Source: Alphaproteobacteria bacterium (lineage in GTDB: Bacteria > Pseudomonadota > Alphaproteobacteria > UBA2966). Taken from it: a DNA stretch of 64,000 nucleotides. Positions 9,286 through 19,522 of the stretch are shown one piece after another. The translations under genes were made by a program, and so were the position numbers. Under the pieces are notes generated by a model. The model was not told where the DNA came from. It searched no databases and saw only the letters and a program-made list of their open reading frames with translations. Position 1 is the stretch's first letter. Each line of letters starts with the position of its first letter. The stretch is taken from positions 672,001 to 736,000 of the forward strand of contig OZ219856.1 of the NCBI GenBank assembly GCA_964291395.2, written 5' to 3'.

Positions 9286-10884
9286 CTATGTCGGGTTCCG
9301 CCGGATCAGGTCCGCCGCGCGCTCGGCGATCATGATGGTCGGAATATTGGTGTTGCTCGAAATCTGATGCGGCATCACCGAGGCGTCGACGACGCGGAGG
9401 CCGTCCAGCCCGCGGACCCGGAGCTCCTCGTCGACGACCGATTCCGGATCGGAGCCCATGCGGCAGGTGCCGATGGGATGCCAGGAGGTCTCGCCGGTCC
9501 GCATGATGTAGTCGAGGATCTCGTCGTCGGTCACGGCGTCCGGCCCCGGGCGGGTCTCCCGCACGATCACCTTCCGCAAGGCGGGTTGCGCCGCGATCTC
9601 CCGCGCCTTCTTGAAGGCGAGCACGGTGGTTTCCCGGTCCCGGGGATGCGCCAGATAGTTGACCTGGATCTTCGGCCGTTCCTCCGGATCGGCGGATTTC
9701 AGGTGGACGGAGCCCCGCGACTCCGGCCACAGATAGTAGGACCCGATGTGGAAGCCGGGAAAGCGGTCGAGGTCCCGGGCATAGCGGCTCGTGCCGCTCG
9801 ACAGGGCGCATTGGATCCGGGCGTCCGGGAATTGCGCCTCCGGGTGGCAGCGCACGAAGGCCTGCACCTTGAAGGTGGGCGTCGAGAAGATCCCGTCCCG
9901 GTGCAGGACGTAGCGGAGCAACTGCCGGGCCGCGTGCCGGGCGCTGCGTACGATGTCGTTGGCCGTGACGGGGTGCGTGGTTTCGAAGTTGAGCCGGTTG
10001 TGCAGGTGGTCCGAGAGGTTCTCCCCGACCGCGGGCAAGTCGCGCACCACCGGGATGCCGTGCGATCCGAGGAGTCCCGCGTCGCCGACGCCCGACAGCT
10101 CGAGCAGGTGCGGCGACGCGACCGCGCCGGCCGACAGCAGAACCTCCCTTCCGGCCCTGACGTCCAGTTCTTCGCCATCCACGCGATAGGCGACGCCGAC
10201 GGCGCGGCGGCCCTCGAACAGGACACGGCTGGCCACGGCATGGGTGACGATATGCAGGTTGGGCCGGCGCTTGGCGTCGTTGAGGTAACCCGCCGCGGTC
10301 CCGCACCGGAACCCCTTGCGGGTGCTCAGCTGATGACGGGTGACCCCTTCGGTGGAGCTCGCGTTGTAGTCCTCGTTCTCCGGCAGGCCGGCCTCCTTGC
10401 AGGCCTCCAGGAACGCTTGTGAGACCGGATCGTCCGTCACCACTTTCGTCGCGTGGATGGGGCCGTCCTGTCCCCGCCACTGCGGATTGCCGAAGGACGC
10501 GGTCTCGAGGCGCTTGAAGTAGGGCAGTACCTCGGGATAGCCCCATCCCGTGCAGCCCATGTCGCGCCACTCGTCGTAGCGCGCCGGTTCTCCGCGCACG
10601 TGGATCATGCCGTTGACCGAGCTGGAGCCGCCGAGCAGGCGCCCGTGGGGCCAGTAGATCGAGCGGCCCGTCATCTCGGGCTCGGTCCGGTCCTTCCAGA
10701 CGTAACGTTCGCTGTCGAGGATCTTGCCGACGCCGAGAGGAATCCTCACCCAGATGTCGTTGTAGTTCCGGCCGCCGGCCTCGAGCAGCAGGACCCGCGT
10801 GCGGCCGTCTTCGGTCAGCCGCGCGGCGAGCGCGCTGCCGGCGGAACCGGCGCCGACGACGATGTGATCGTACCCGGCGGACAT
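9286..10884 (-). CDS. GMC family FAD oxidoreductase (choline dehydrogenase-like)
   Basis: DHIVVGAGSAGS, GRLLGGSSSVNGM, VGENLSDH, HPIGTCRMG, NTNIPTIMIAERAAD. Confidence 0.95.
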   Translation of the reverse strand: MSAGYDHIVVGAGSAGSALAARLTEDGRTRVLLLEAGGRNYNDIWVRIPLGVGKILDSERYVWKDRTEPEMTGRSIYWPHGRLLGGSSSVNGMIHVRGEPARYDEWRDMGCTGWGYPEVLPYFKRLETASFGNPQWRGQDGPIHATKVVTDDPVSQAFLEACKEAGLPENEDYNASSTEGVTRHQLSTRKGFRCGTAAGYLNDAKRRPNLHIVTHAVASRVLFEGRRAVGVAYRVDGEELDVRAGREVLLSAGAVASPHLLELSGVGDAGLLGSHGIPVVRDLPAVGENLSDHLHNRLNFETTHPVTANDIVRSARHAARQLLRYVLHRDGIFSTPTFKVQAFVRCHPEAQFPDARIQCALSSGTSRYARDLDRFPGFHIGSYYLWPESRGSVHLKSADPEERPKIQVNYLAHPRDRETTVLAFKKAREIAAQPALRKVIVRETRPGPDAVTDDEILDYIMRTGETSWHPIGTCRMGSDPESVVDEELRVRGLDGLRVVDASVMPHQISSNTNIPTIMIAERAADLIRRNPT

Positions 10885-10954
10885 GGATCGTTGAAGGAAA
10901 TCGGTGCCGGACCCGGATGCACGAAACGTGTGGGGTCCGACGCCCTCGTTCCCC

Positions 10955-12502
10955 TCAGACGTTGATGGCCGGATCCGGCGTGCCCTGGTTGATGATCACC
11001 GTGCGGCTGCGGGTGAAGTGCTCGAGCATGCTCTCGAGCGACAGCTCCTTGCCGAGGCCGCTCTGGTTGAGCCCTCCGTAGGCGACGTTGGCGATCGGCG
11101 TCCCGTACTGGTTGACCTGAACCAGGCCGGCCTCGATCTCGTCGACGAAGCGCATCGCGTGGTTGAGGTCCCGCGTCCACAACGTCGCGGCGAGGCCGTA
11201 TTCGGTGGCGTTCGCCTTGTCGAGCACGGCGGCGAAGTCCTCCCATTCGAAGACGACCGCGACGGGCCCGAAGATCTCCTCCTGGGCGCACGGTGATTCG
11301 TGCGGCACGTCCTTGATCAGCGTCGGCGCGAAGAAGAGACCCTTGCGCAGCGCCGGGTCGTCCGGCCGCCCGCCGCCGCAGAGGATCTCCGCGCCGGGCG
11401 TGTTGCGCGCCATCTCGACGTACCGGGTGACGCGGTCGAACTGCTCCTGCGAGATGATCGTGCCGATCTCGCTCTCGGGATCCAGCGGATCGCCGATCTT
11501 CAGGTTCTTCATGGCGGCCATGGCGCGTTCGATCACCTGGTCGGCGACCTCCTTGTGCAGGAACAGGCGCGAACCGGCCGTGCAGGACTGCCCTTGGCGC
11601 GAGAACCGCATGCCCTGGATGACGCCGGGGATCGCCAGATCGAGATCGGCATCGGGCATGACGATGTTGGGGCTCTTGCCTCCGAGCTCCAGCGTCACGG
11701 GGCAGATCTTGTCCGCCGCGTAATGCATGATCTGGCGCCCCACCGGGCACGACCCGGTGAACGTGATCTTGCGTACGTCCTTGTGCTCGGCGAGCGGTCG
11801 GCCGCATTCCTCGCCCATGCCCGAGATGGTGTTGACCACGCCGGGCGGGAGCACCCGCTGCGCGAGCTCGGTGCATTTCAGCACGGCGAGGGGCGCCTGC
11901 TCGGCGGTCTTCAGGACGACCGTGTTGCCTGCCACGATGGCGGGAGCGATCTTGCAGGCCCACAGCAGGATCGGCGCGTTCCACGGGATGATCGCGGCGA
12001 CCACCCCGATCGGGTCGCGCGTGGTGTAGTGCAGCGTGCCGTTGAGCCAGGGCACGGTGTTGCCTTTCAGTTCGGTCGCGAATCCCGCGAACATGCGCAG
12101 CACCTCGATGGCCATGCCGAGTTCGGGCCGCGCCTGCGTCGCATACGCGTTGCCGGTCTCCAAGGCTTCGAGTCGGCCGATGTCGTCGGCGTGCTCCTCG
12201 ATGAGGTCGGCGAGCTTGTGCGTGAGCGCGCCGCGTTCCTTGGCGGTCGTGCGCGACCACGACCTGAAGGTCTTCTTGGCCGCGGCGACGGCGCGGTCGA
12301 CGTCGGCCCCGCGGCAGCGGGGCGACGATCCGATGACGTTCAGCCAGGCCGGGTTGACCACCTCGAAGGTCTCGTCGGTCACGGCGGAGTCGAGCTTGCC
12401 GTCGACGACGACCTTGTCGGACAGGCGTGCCGCGTCGTCGTAGGTCGCCTGAACCTCCGGCGCGGGAGTGCCGATTTCCTCGGGAATTTCCTGGACTGAC
12501 AT
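10955..12502 (-). CDS. NAD(P)-dependent aldehyde dehydrogenase
   Basis: IIPWNAP, FTGS, LELGGKSP, GQSCTAGSR, EEIFGPV. Confidence 0.96.
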   Translation of the reverse strand: MSVQEIPEEIGTPAPEVQATYDDAARLSDKVVVDGKLDSAVTDETFEVVNPAWLNVIGSSPRCRGADVDRAVAAAKKTFRSWSRTTAKERGALTHKLADLIEEHADDIGRLEALETGNAYATQARPELGMAIEVLRMFAGFATELKGNTVPWLNGTLHYTTRDPIGVVAAIIPWNAPILLWACKIAPAIVAGNTVVLKTAEQAPLAVLKCTELAQRVLPPGVVNTISGMGEECGRPLAEHKDVRKITFTGSCPVGRQIMHYAADKICPVTLELGGKSPNIVMPDADLDLAIPGVIQGMRFSRQGQSCTAGSRLFLHKEVADQVIERAMAAMKNLKIGDPLDPESEIGTIISQEQFDRVTRYVEMARNTPGAEILCGGGRPDDPALRKGLFFAPTLIKDVPHESPCAQEEIFGPVAVVFEWEDFAAVLDKANATEYGLAATLWTRDLNHAMRFVDEIEAGLVQVNQYGTPIANVAYGGLNQSGLGKELSLESMLEHFTRSRTVIINQGTPDPAINV

Positions 12503-12560
12503 GGCGTGGCCTCCGCTGTTCTATGCTTCGAGTCCGCCCTCGAGGGCGGGTGACGCCGCT

Positions 12561-13502
12561 TCAATGGCCTGTAGGGAATTCGATTGCGCCGGATTGTGGC
12601 ACGGCGGCCGCTCGGCTGGCCATAACCTTGTGCATCGTCTCGCCCAGCTGCGACGGCATGTCGAGCACCGCCGCGCCGGCCTTCTCCAGCGCGTTCCGTT
12701 TCGACCGGTACGTGCCCTTGTCGCCCATGACGATCGCGCCGGCGTGACCCATCTTGCGTCCGGCCGGCGACGCGCCGCCGGCGATGAAGGCGACGACCGG
12801 TTTCGACATGGCCGCGATGAACTCCGCGGCATCCTCCTCGGCCGTGCCGCCGATTTCGCCCACCAGCACGACGGCGTCGGTTCCCGGGTCCTGCTCGAGG
12901 GCCTGGAGCGCCTCGATCGTCGTGGTTCCAAGGATCGGGTCGCCGCCGAGCCCGAGCACCGTGGACTGACCCAGCCCTGCCTGTACGAGGTTGAGACACG
13001 CCAGGGTTCCGAGGCTTCCGCTGCGGCTCACGACACCCACCCGCCCGGGACGGCAGATGTCTTCCTCCCAGGCCGGCATGATGCCGACGAAGGTCTCGCC
13101 GGGCGTCACCAGGCCCGCCGTGTTCGGCCCCATGATCCGCGTGCCGGAATCCTTCGCCGCCGCCATGAAGTACATCACGTCCTGGGTCGGGATGTGTTCC
13201 GTCAGCACGACCAGCAGGCGCACCCCCGCCTCGATGGCGTCGAGCGCCGCGGCCTTGGCGGCCATCGGCGGAATGAACATGACGGCGACGTCGATCCCGG
13301 TGTCCTTCGCGGCCGCGACGGCACTCTCGTAGACGGGGACGCCCAGGAACTCCTCGCCGGCGCGTTTCGGGTTGACCCCGCCGACGACCTCGGCACCGTA
13401 CTCCTGCATGCGTTCCGCCCAGAAGCTGCCCTGGCGCCCGGTGATGCCCTGCACCAGCATCCGGTCGGGCGCGCGGACGATCATGCCGGCGAGGTCGCTC
13501 AT
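12561..13502 (-). CDS. ADP-forming acyl-CoA ligase alpha subunit (SucD-like; probable sulfoacetate-CoA ligase subunit)
   Basis: VQGITGRQG, GPNTAG, SRSGSL, MGHAGA (phospho-His); ATGA-type overlap with beta subunit; follows sauS. Confidence 0.88.
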   Translation of the reverse strand: MSDLAGMIVRAPDRMLVQGITGRQGSFWAERMQEYGAEVVGGVNPKRAGEEFLGVPVYESAVAAAKDTGIDVAVMFIPPMAAKAAALDAIEAGVRLLVVLTEHIPTQDVMYFMAAAKDSGTRIMGPNTAGLVTPGETFVGIMPAWEEDICRPGRVGVVSRSGSLGTLACLNLVQAGLGQSTVLGLGGDPILGTTTIEALQALEQDPGTDAVVLVGEIGGTAEEDAAEFIAAMSKPVVAFIAGGASPAGRKMGHAGAIVMGDKGTYRSKRNALEKAGAAVLDMPSQLGETMHKVMASRAAAVPQSGAIEFPTGH

Positions 13503-14623
13503 TTCGCCGCCGCGATGGCCGCTCGTACGGCCTCGTCCATGGTCGGGAAGGGCTCCATCTTCAGGCGCTCCCGGACGATCGGTACCGCTTCCTTCGAGCC
13601 CGTGCCGTGGATGGAGAAGAACACCGGGACGTCGGGCTCGAGCTCTTCCCAGGCGTTGACGACGCCTTCGGTCATCACGTCCGTGCGGGCGAAGGCGCCG
13701 CAGAAGTTGACGACCAGGCTCCTGACCTTGGGATTGGAGAGGACGAGGTCGAGCGCCGGCGTGGCCTTGGTGTAGGACTGCCCGCCGATCTCCAGGAAGT
13801 TGGCCGGTGCGCCGCCGTAGTGGCGCACGGCGTCCATGGTCGTCATCGTGAGGCCCGCGCCGTTGGCGAGGATGCCGATCTCCCCGTCGAGCTCGATGTA
13901 GGTGAGGCCCAGGTCCCGGCCGCGCGCTTCGAGCTCGGTGAGCGTGTCGGGAACGCCGGCGCCGACGATATCCTCGTGCCGGGCCTTGGAAAGGTCGTCC
14001 AGGGTGAACTTGCAGTCGAGCGCGACGACCCGCCCGTCGCCGGTGACGGCGAGGGGATTGATCTCCACCAGCTCCGCGTCCCGCGACCGCCACACGTCGT
14101 ACAGCCGCGCGAGAACGTCGGCGACGGCTTCCGCGGCCTCGCCGAGGTCCAGGCCGTCGAGAACGTTCCCCGCGGCGGCGGGGTCGAGGCCGTGCCGGAT
14201 GTCGATCGCGTGGCGCCGGACGGCGTCCGCGTCCTGCGCCGCGGCCTCTTCGATGTCCATGCCGCCGAGGGTCGAGAACAGCACCAGGGGGCCCTTGCTC
14301 GCGGTGTCGTTGAGTACGGCGGCATAGAGTTCGCGGGCGATGTCCGCGCGCTCCTCGACCAGGAGCCGTTCGACCGTGTGCCCGCCGATCGCCATGCCGA
14401 GGATCTCGCTTGCCGCGGACCTGGCGCCCGCCGCGTCGTCGGCCGGCCTGATGCCGCCCGCCTTGCCGCGCTTGCCCGCGGGTACCTGCGCCTTGACGAC
14501 GACGGGTCCCAGGGACTCGGCCGCCGCCGCCGCTTCGTCGGGCGTCGTGACGGTCTCTCCGCGCGGGATGGCGATGCCGGCGGCCGCGAGCAGCGGCTTC
14601 GCGGCGTATTCTTCGAAATCCAT
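13499..14623 (-). CDS. ADP-forming acyl-CoA ligase beta subunit (SucC-like; probable sulfoacetate-CoA ligase subunit)
   Basis: EYAAKPLL, VKAQVPAGKRGKAGGI, EINPL, NGAGLTM, PANFLEIGG; substrate loop NFCGAFARTD differs from SucC NIFGGIVRCD. Confidence 0.88.
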   Translation of the reverse strand: MDFEEYAAKPLLAAAGIAIPRGETVTTPDEAAAAAESLGPVVVKAQVPAGKRGKAGGIRPADDAAGARSAASEILGMAIGGHTVERLLVEERADIARELYAAVLNDTASKGPLVLFSTLGGMDIEEAAAQDADAVRRHAIDIRHGLDPAAAGNVLDGLDLGEAAEAVADVLARLYDVWRSRDAELVEINPLAVTGDGRVVALDCKFTLDDLSKARHEDIVGAGVPDTLTELEARGRDLGLTYIELDGEIGILANGAGLTMTTMDAVRHYGGAPANFLEIGGQSYTKATPALDLVLSNPKVRSLVVNFCGAFARTDVMTEGVVNAWEELEPDVPVFFSIHGTGSKEAVPIVRERLKMEPFPTMDEAVRAAIAAAK

Positions 14624-14643
14624 GGCAATTCAGCGGGGTGTCG

Positions 14644-16077
14644 TCACTGGCCGTGGCGCGCGAAGTAGGCCCCGAACAGATTCTCTTCCGTGGGCGTTTC
14701 GTCCGGGATCACGGTCGACAGATGCGTGACGTTGATGAAGTTCCGGTAGTTGAGGTTCTCGGTGATGGAATTGCCGCCCCAGGTCCCGCATCCCATGCTC
14801 AGGGTGAAGTTCAGGCCGTTGTCGAAGGCGCCGCCGTTGCCGATGGCATGGGCCTGGTTGACGAGAACGCGGACGACGTCGAGCTCCGCGGCGAGCTTCC
14901 GCATGTTCCCTTCGCTCGTCGAGTGCAAGCCGCACGAATGTCCGGCCCCCTGATAGGCCAGGATGTCCCGGACCACCTCGATGGCGTGGTCGAAATCCTC
15001 GGCGCGGTAGATGGTGAGCGCGAGCGACAGTTTCTCGCCCGAGAACGGATAGTCCTTGCCGGCGCCGGTCTCTTCCACGAGGAAGAACTTCGCCTTTCCG
15101 GATTTCTCGGGGAGACCCGCCATCTCGGCGAAGATCTCCGGGTCCTTGGCGATCATGTGCCGGTTCAACTTGCCGTTGACCCACAGGCTGTCCTGGATCT
15201 TCCGCTTCTCCTCGGGGCCGGCCAGATAGCCGCCTTCGGCCTCCAGCGCCGCGACGGCGGCGTCATAGGCCGAATCGACGATGATGACGGCGTTCTCCGA
15301 CGAGCACGACGTGGCGTTGTCGAAGGTCTTGGAGAGGCGGATCTTGGCGGCCGCATCGGCAAAGTCGGCGGTCTCGTCGATGATCACGGGCGCGTTGCCG
15401 AGACCGACGCCGATCGCGGGCTTGCCGCTGCTGTAGGCCCGGCGCACGTTGTCCTGGGACCCCGTCACCACCACCAGATCCGAGGCGTCCATCAGCTTCT
15501 GGGTAAGCGACTTGGACACCCGCGGCAGGACCTGTACGAGGTCCTTCGGGTGGCCGGCGCGGGCAAGCTCGTCCCGCATCATCCCGGCGACCCGGGAGGT
15601 CGCGGACAGCCCGGCGGGGGAGGGGGCGAGAACGATCGCGTTCCGTCCCTTGACGGCCAGCATCGACTTGTTGACCGGCGTCGCGGCCGGGTTCGTCGAG
15701 GGGCAGACGGCGGCCACCACGCCGACGGGCTTGGCGTATTTGACCAGCCCGCGGTCCGGAAGCTCCTCGATGATGCCGACGGTCTTGGCGCTCTCCCGCA
15801 GAAGGTCGCGCAGCGTCCCGAAGGTCTTGCGGCGGTTCTTGGTGATCTTGTCTTCGACGTTGCCGAGCCCCGTGTCCCGGACCGCGATTTCCGCCAGTTC
15901 GCGCGCGCGTTCGGGCTCGTAGATCGCCCAGGCGAGGGCGGTGACGGCATCGTCGACGGCTTCCTGGCCGGCATCGGCGAACGCCGCCATGGCGGCGCGC
16001 CCGTTGGCCACCAGTCCGGCGATGATCGCGTCCTCCCGCGCGTCGTCGTCGACGGCGGGCGCGGCTTCGTTCAACAT
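14644..16077 (-). CDS. sauS: Acylating (CoA-dependent) sulfoacetaldehyde dehydrogenase
   Basis: TGLGNVEDKITKNRRKT, PSTNPAATP, SKTFDNATSCSSEN, DYPFSGEKLS, SMGCGTWGGN, C-terminal YFARHG match recalled SauS. Confidence 0.82.
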   Translation of the reverse strand: MLNEAAPAVDDDAREDAIIAGLVANGRAAMAAFADAGQEAVDDAVTALAWAIYEPERARELAEIAVRDTGLGNVEDKITKNRRKTFGTLRDLLRESAKTVGIIEELPDRGLVKYAKPVGVVAAVCPSTNPAATPVNKSMLAVKGRNAIVLAPSPAGLSATSRVAGMMRDELARAGHPKDLVQVLPRVSKSLTQKLMDASDLVVVTGSQDNVRRAYSSGKPAIGVGLGNAPVIIDETADFADAAAKIRLSKTFDNATSCSSENAVIIVDSAYDAAVAALEAEGGYLAGPEEKRKIQDSLWVNGKLNRHMIAKDPEIFAEMAGLPEKSGKAKFFLVEETGAGKDYPFSGEKLSLALTIYRAEDFDHAIEVVRDILAYQGAGHSCGLHSTSEGNMRKLAAELDVVRVLVNQAHAIGNGGAFDNGLNFTLSMGCGTWGGNSITENLNYRNFINVTHLSTVIPDETPTEENLFGAYFARHGQ

Positions 16078-16310
16078 CCCCGGCGGTTCTCCACCAACAC
16101 TGGTCCCTCGGCAGTCCTAGAAATATCGCGTGAAAGCGCTTGCAGCAAGCCGGGAAGAGATCGACCGGGCGGCCCGAAATCGACAACCGGACCCGGGGGC
16201 GGCGACCAATGTGCTCGAGCACGCATATGGATGTAGACTGAATCGCTCTTTCCGGGATCGGAGGGTGTCCCGGCGGCGACGTTTGAAGTCATCGGTTCGG
16301 GAGGACGGTC

Positions 16311-17216
16311 ATGAAGATCATGGTAACCGGGGGCAGCGGACTCATCGGGCAGCGTGTCTGCGAGCGGCTGCGCGAGTCCCACGACGTCTCGGCCCTGGAC
16401 CTGGTGGAGTCTCCGTCAGGCGACCGCACGGTGGTCGCCGACGTCACGTCCTACGATCAGGTCGACGCCGCCTTCCGGGACCAGGAAGCCGTGGTTCACC
16501 TGGCCGGGATTCCGTCGCTGCTCCCCGATCACCTGAGCATCATGAATGCCAACGTGCGGGGCACTTACACGGTGCTCCACGCCGCCGTCGCCCGGGGGGT
16601 CCGGCGCATCGTCTTCGCCAGCAGCAACTGCGCCTACGGGATGTTGTTTTCCAAGGGCTGGAAACCCGATTTCCTGCCCCTCGACGAGACGCATCCGTGC
16701 ACGCCGGACGAGCCCTACGGCTTGAGCAAGCTCCTCGGGGAACAGATGTGCGCCGCGCTCACACGGCGCTACGGCAGCGACACCACGTGCCTGCGGTTCA
16801 CGACGGTCCTCTTTCCGGGTTCCGAGAAGAACCGTGACTTCTTCAGGGCGGTCAACGAGCCGGGCGGCATGGTGGCCCAGAGCTCCCTCAATCAGACCGG
16901 CGAGATGACCGTGACCAACGCCGGGAGGCTCTGGGGCTACGTCGACGTGCGCGACGTCGCCCAGGCGGTTCAGTTGGCGCTCGAAGCGGGCGGCGGCGGT
17001 CACCGGGTCTACAACGTGGGCGCCGCGGACGTCTGCTCCGAAGTGCCCTCGCTCGACCTCGTGCGAGAATACTATCCCGATCTGTCCGATCTGCGCCGGG
17101 CCGAGCGGTTCGCGGACCGGCCGTTCGATCCGCTCTTCAGCATCGATCGGGTGGTCGAGGATCTCGGCTTCTCGCCCCGCTACGCCTGGCGGGAGCTGGC
17201 CGCCGAGGTGGCGTGA
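16311..17216 (+). CDS. NAD-dependent epimerase/dehydratase family protein
   Basis: VTGGSGLIG, HLAG, YGLSK; GGAGG RBS. Confidence 0.92.
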   Translation: MKIMVTGGSGLIGQRVCERLRESHDVSALDLVESPSGDRTVVADVTSYDQVDAAFRDQEAVVHLAGIPSLLPDHLSIMNANVRGTYTVLHAAVARGVRRIVFASSNCAYGMLFSKGWKPDFLPLDETHPCTPDEPYGLSKLLGEQMCAALTRRYGSDTTCLRFTTVLFPGSEKNRDFFRAVNEPGGMVAQSSLNQTGEMTVTNAGRLWGYVDVRDVAQAVQLALEAGGGGHRVYNVGAADVCSEVPSLDLVREYYPDLSDLRRAERFADRPFDPLFSIDRVVEDLGFSPRYAWRELAAEVA

Positions 17217-17474
17217 ACGTCCGACTTCGGCTTGTTCACGTCCTCCCTCTCCGCCACGAATTGGATAAATTAACTTATGATACAGTAACTTACATGTGAT
17301 ACATCTTTTCGGATATCACTCTGTAAATCACTGAACCGTTGGCTACTTGGGACACTTTCTGATCCGTGGCCGACGTCTGGCCGCATTTTCAAGCACCGAT
17401 GCGTCTACGCCTAGCATGACCGGCAATGGCATGGCAGGGTGCATTCGGGTAACGCATCTAGTTACCATGCGTCG

Positions 17475-17800
17475 ATGATCGAGATCAGGGAGTTCGTCGA
17501 TGCCCGAAGCAGCAGCCCGTTCGGTCGCTGGGCCGGCCGGCTCGACCGTCACGCTGCTGCGCGCGTGGCGACTGCGCTGTACCGGATGGAAATGGGCAAC
17601 CTGTCCAATGCGAAGGGTGTCGGTGGCGGCGGTGTGGCGCGAGTACCGAATCGACTTCGGTCCAGGCTACCGACCATGCTACTTCGGACGGGACGGCGAG
17701 GCGTTGACATCTCGTCGGCGGCTGGAACGAAAGCGCGCCACCAGGCGACATCGAGGATGCGGTGGCGTTGTGGCGCGAGTACAGGCAGAGCAAGCGGCAT
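17475..17800 (+). pseudogene. RelE/HigB-like addiction-module toxin, frameshifted
   Basis: MIEIREFVDARSSSPFGRW...MGNLSNAKGVG in one frame, EYRIDFGPGYR..YFGRDG in another; end approximate. Confidence 0.8.
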
Positions 17801-17809
17801 CTCCTTCAC

Positions 17810-18124
17810 CAGGCCATTGACGCATTTCAGGGTGACGATCCGTGAGCGGCTGGAACGCGATCCGGGCTTCCGAAGGCGTTGCTCGAAGAAGGCGTGCAGT
17901 GCCTTCTCGCCGGCGAGGTCGACGTCGGCAAGTCGGTTCTGCGCGACTACGTCAACGCGACCATCGGGTTTCAGGAACTCGGAGGGTTGACTGGGAAGTC
18001 GCCGAAGAGCCTGATGCGCATGCTCGGTCCGAACGGCAATCCGCAGGCGCGCAATCTCTTCGAGATCATCAGCTGCCTTCAGGAACGTGAGGGACTGCAC
18101 CTCAAAGTACAGGCGGTTCGGTGA
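17810..18124 (+). pseudogene. HTH addiction-module antitoxin, frameshifted at 5' end
   Basis: FRVTIRERLERDPGF then LLEEGVQCLLAGEVDVGKSVLRDYVNATIGF...MLGPNGNPQARNLF; start approximate. Confidence 0.75.
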
Positions 18125-18300
18125 CCGGCAGCGCCCCATGCAACGGCAAGGAGACCAACAGCATGGGCACCGCAGGTCCGCGAGTACCTACAAGGCAATA
18201 GACCTTGGGGTGACGACATTGGTTGCTTTGACGGCAACTTCGACACGCCTTCGGCGTATGCATGCTCCAGCGCAAACGTCAGGAACTAAAAACGTATATT

Positions 18301-18313
18301 TATCAGACTGTTA
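18301..18313 (+). promoter_or_regulatory. IHF-like binding site
   Basis: TATCAGACTGTTA, one mismatch to WATCAANNNNTTR, preceded by A/T tract. Confidence 0.4.
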
Positions 18314-18369
18314 AGTGAACTTTAGGGAGTCTGGGGAAACTATCGAAGTCGGTGTTCCGGCGGTCACCC

Positions 18370-19296
18370 TCACCACCAGTTGCGCCGGTCCCGGCGTTGC
18401 GCGACGAGGCCGTCGGCGACGCCGTATCTGGGTGCGAAGCCGAGATCCTCCCGGATGCGGGCCGTGTCGACCGGACCGGCCTCGCGCCCGCGGCCCGTGA
18501 ACGTGACGGGGCCGCACTCCGGCGCGACGTCGCGCATGATCTCGGTGAGCTCGCGCAGGGTGATGTAGTTCTCGTCCGGGCCGGCGACGTTGTAGACGCG
18601 ATGTGACGGGCCCGGGTGCGTCAGGGCCAGAACCGTCGCCGCCGCCGAATCGCGCACGTACGTCAGGTGACGGCGAAGCCCGCCTCCGACCTCGCTCACG
18701 ATCACCGGCGCACCGTCCATGGCGCCGGTGATATCCTGGATGACCTTCGCCATCCCCGGGCTGGTGACGTTGCCCGGCCCGAAGGTCATGTTGTAGCGCA
18801 AGGCGACGAAACCGAAACCGTGCCGGTCGGCGTACCGGTTTCCGAAGTTCTCGCAAAGCAGCTTGCTGGACCCGTAGATCGTCATGTCCGGCCCCACCGG
18901 CATGTCCTCGCGCATGCGGTCGGCGCGGATCCCGAACGCGGCGCCGCTGCTCGCGAAGACGACCCGTTCGACGCCGCAGTCGCGGGCCGCGTCGAGGACG
19001 TTGAGGGTGCCTCCCACGTTGACGTGCATCGCCGCGCCGGGGGTCCGCTCGCAGTCGAACTGCAGGGCCGCGGCCAGATGGACGATCCGCCGGGCGCCCG
19101 TCTCCTTGACGGCGCGGGTCACCTGTTCGGCATCGCCGACGTCGCCTCGGATCCAGCGAACGCGGTCTTCATAGGACCGCAGGATGCCTTTCGGCGCGCT
19201 GCGGCTGAACACGGCGACGTCCATCCCCAGCTCGCACAGGTCGGCCGTGGTGTAGGATCCGATCAACCCGCCGCCGCCGATCACGATGACATCCAA
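18370..19296 (-). CDS. NAD-dependent epimerase/dehydratase family protein
   Basis: VIGGGGLIG, HLAA, YGSSK; TTG start. Confidence 0.9.
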   Translation of the reverse strand: MDVIVIGGGGLIGSYTTADLCELGMDVAVFSRSAPKGILRSYEDRVRWIRGDVGDAEQVTRAVKETGARRIVHLAAALQFDCERTPGAAMHVNVGGTLNVLDAARDCGVERVVFASSGAAFGIRADRMREDMPVGPDMTIYGSSKLLCENFGNRYADRHGFGFVALRYNMTFGPGNVTSPGMAKVIQDITGAMDGAPVIVSEVGGGLRRHLTYVRDSAAATVLALTHPGPSHRVYNVAGPDENYITLRELTEIMRDVAPECGPVTFTGRGREAGPVDTARIREDLGFAPRYGVADGLVAQRRDRRNWW

Positions 19297-19415
19297 GACT
19301 TCACCTCGTTCCCGTCGCCGGATCGGCCGTCCCGGGCCCGGTCCATGGAGGCCGAGCGCGCCCCTCGGGCCGGGATCGGCGGCGCTTCCGCCTCGACACC
19401 GACCATTTGCTCTAA

Positions 19416-19428
19416 TATCAACATGTTA
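19416..19428 (+). promoter_or_regulatory. IHF binding site in divergent intergenic region
   Basis: TATCAACATGTTA, exact match to WATCAANNNNTTR. Confidence 0.5.
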
Positions 19429-19522
19429 GATCAGATTCGGGTGCTTCGATCGAATCACGAAGTGGACTTCCCGAAGCGCGGTCTACCACGGTCGTCCAAC
19501 CAACCGAAGCGAGAGGTCCGGC

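Noticed and set aside
9286-12502. Calling these betA/betB
   Set aside because: Family motifs only; no betI or choline transporter; specificity cannot be read from the sequence
12561-14623. Calling these sucC/sucD of the TCA cycle
   Set aside because: Divergent substrate loop, no mdh/sucAB context, directly coupled to sauS
18087-18314. Functional TnpB/Cas12f gene
   Set aside because: Only a 12-residue resemblance; no full ORF, so mentioned only as a weak relic
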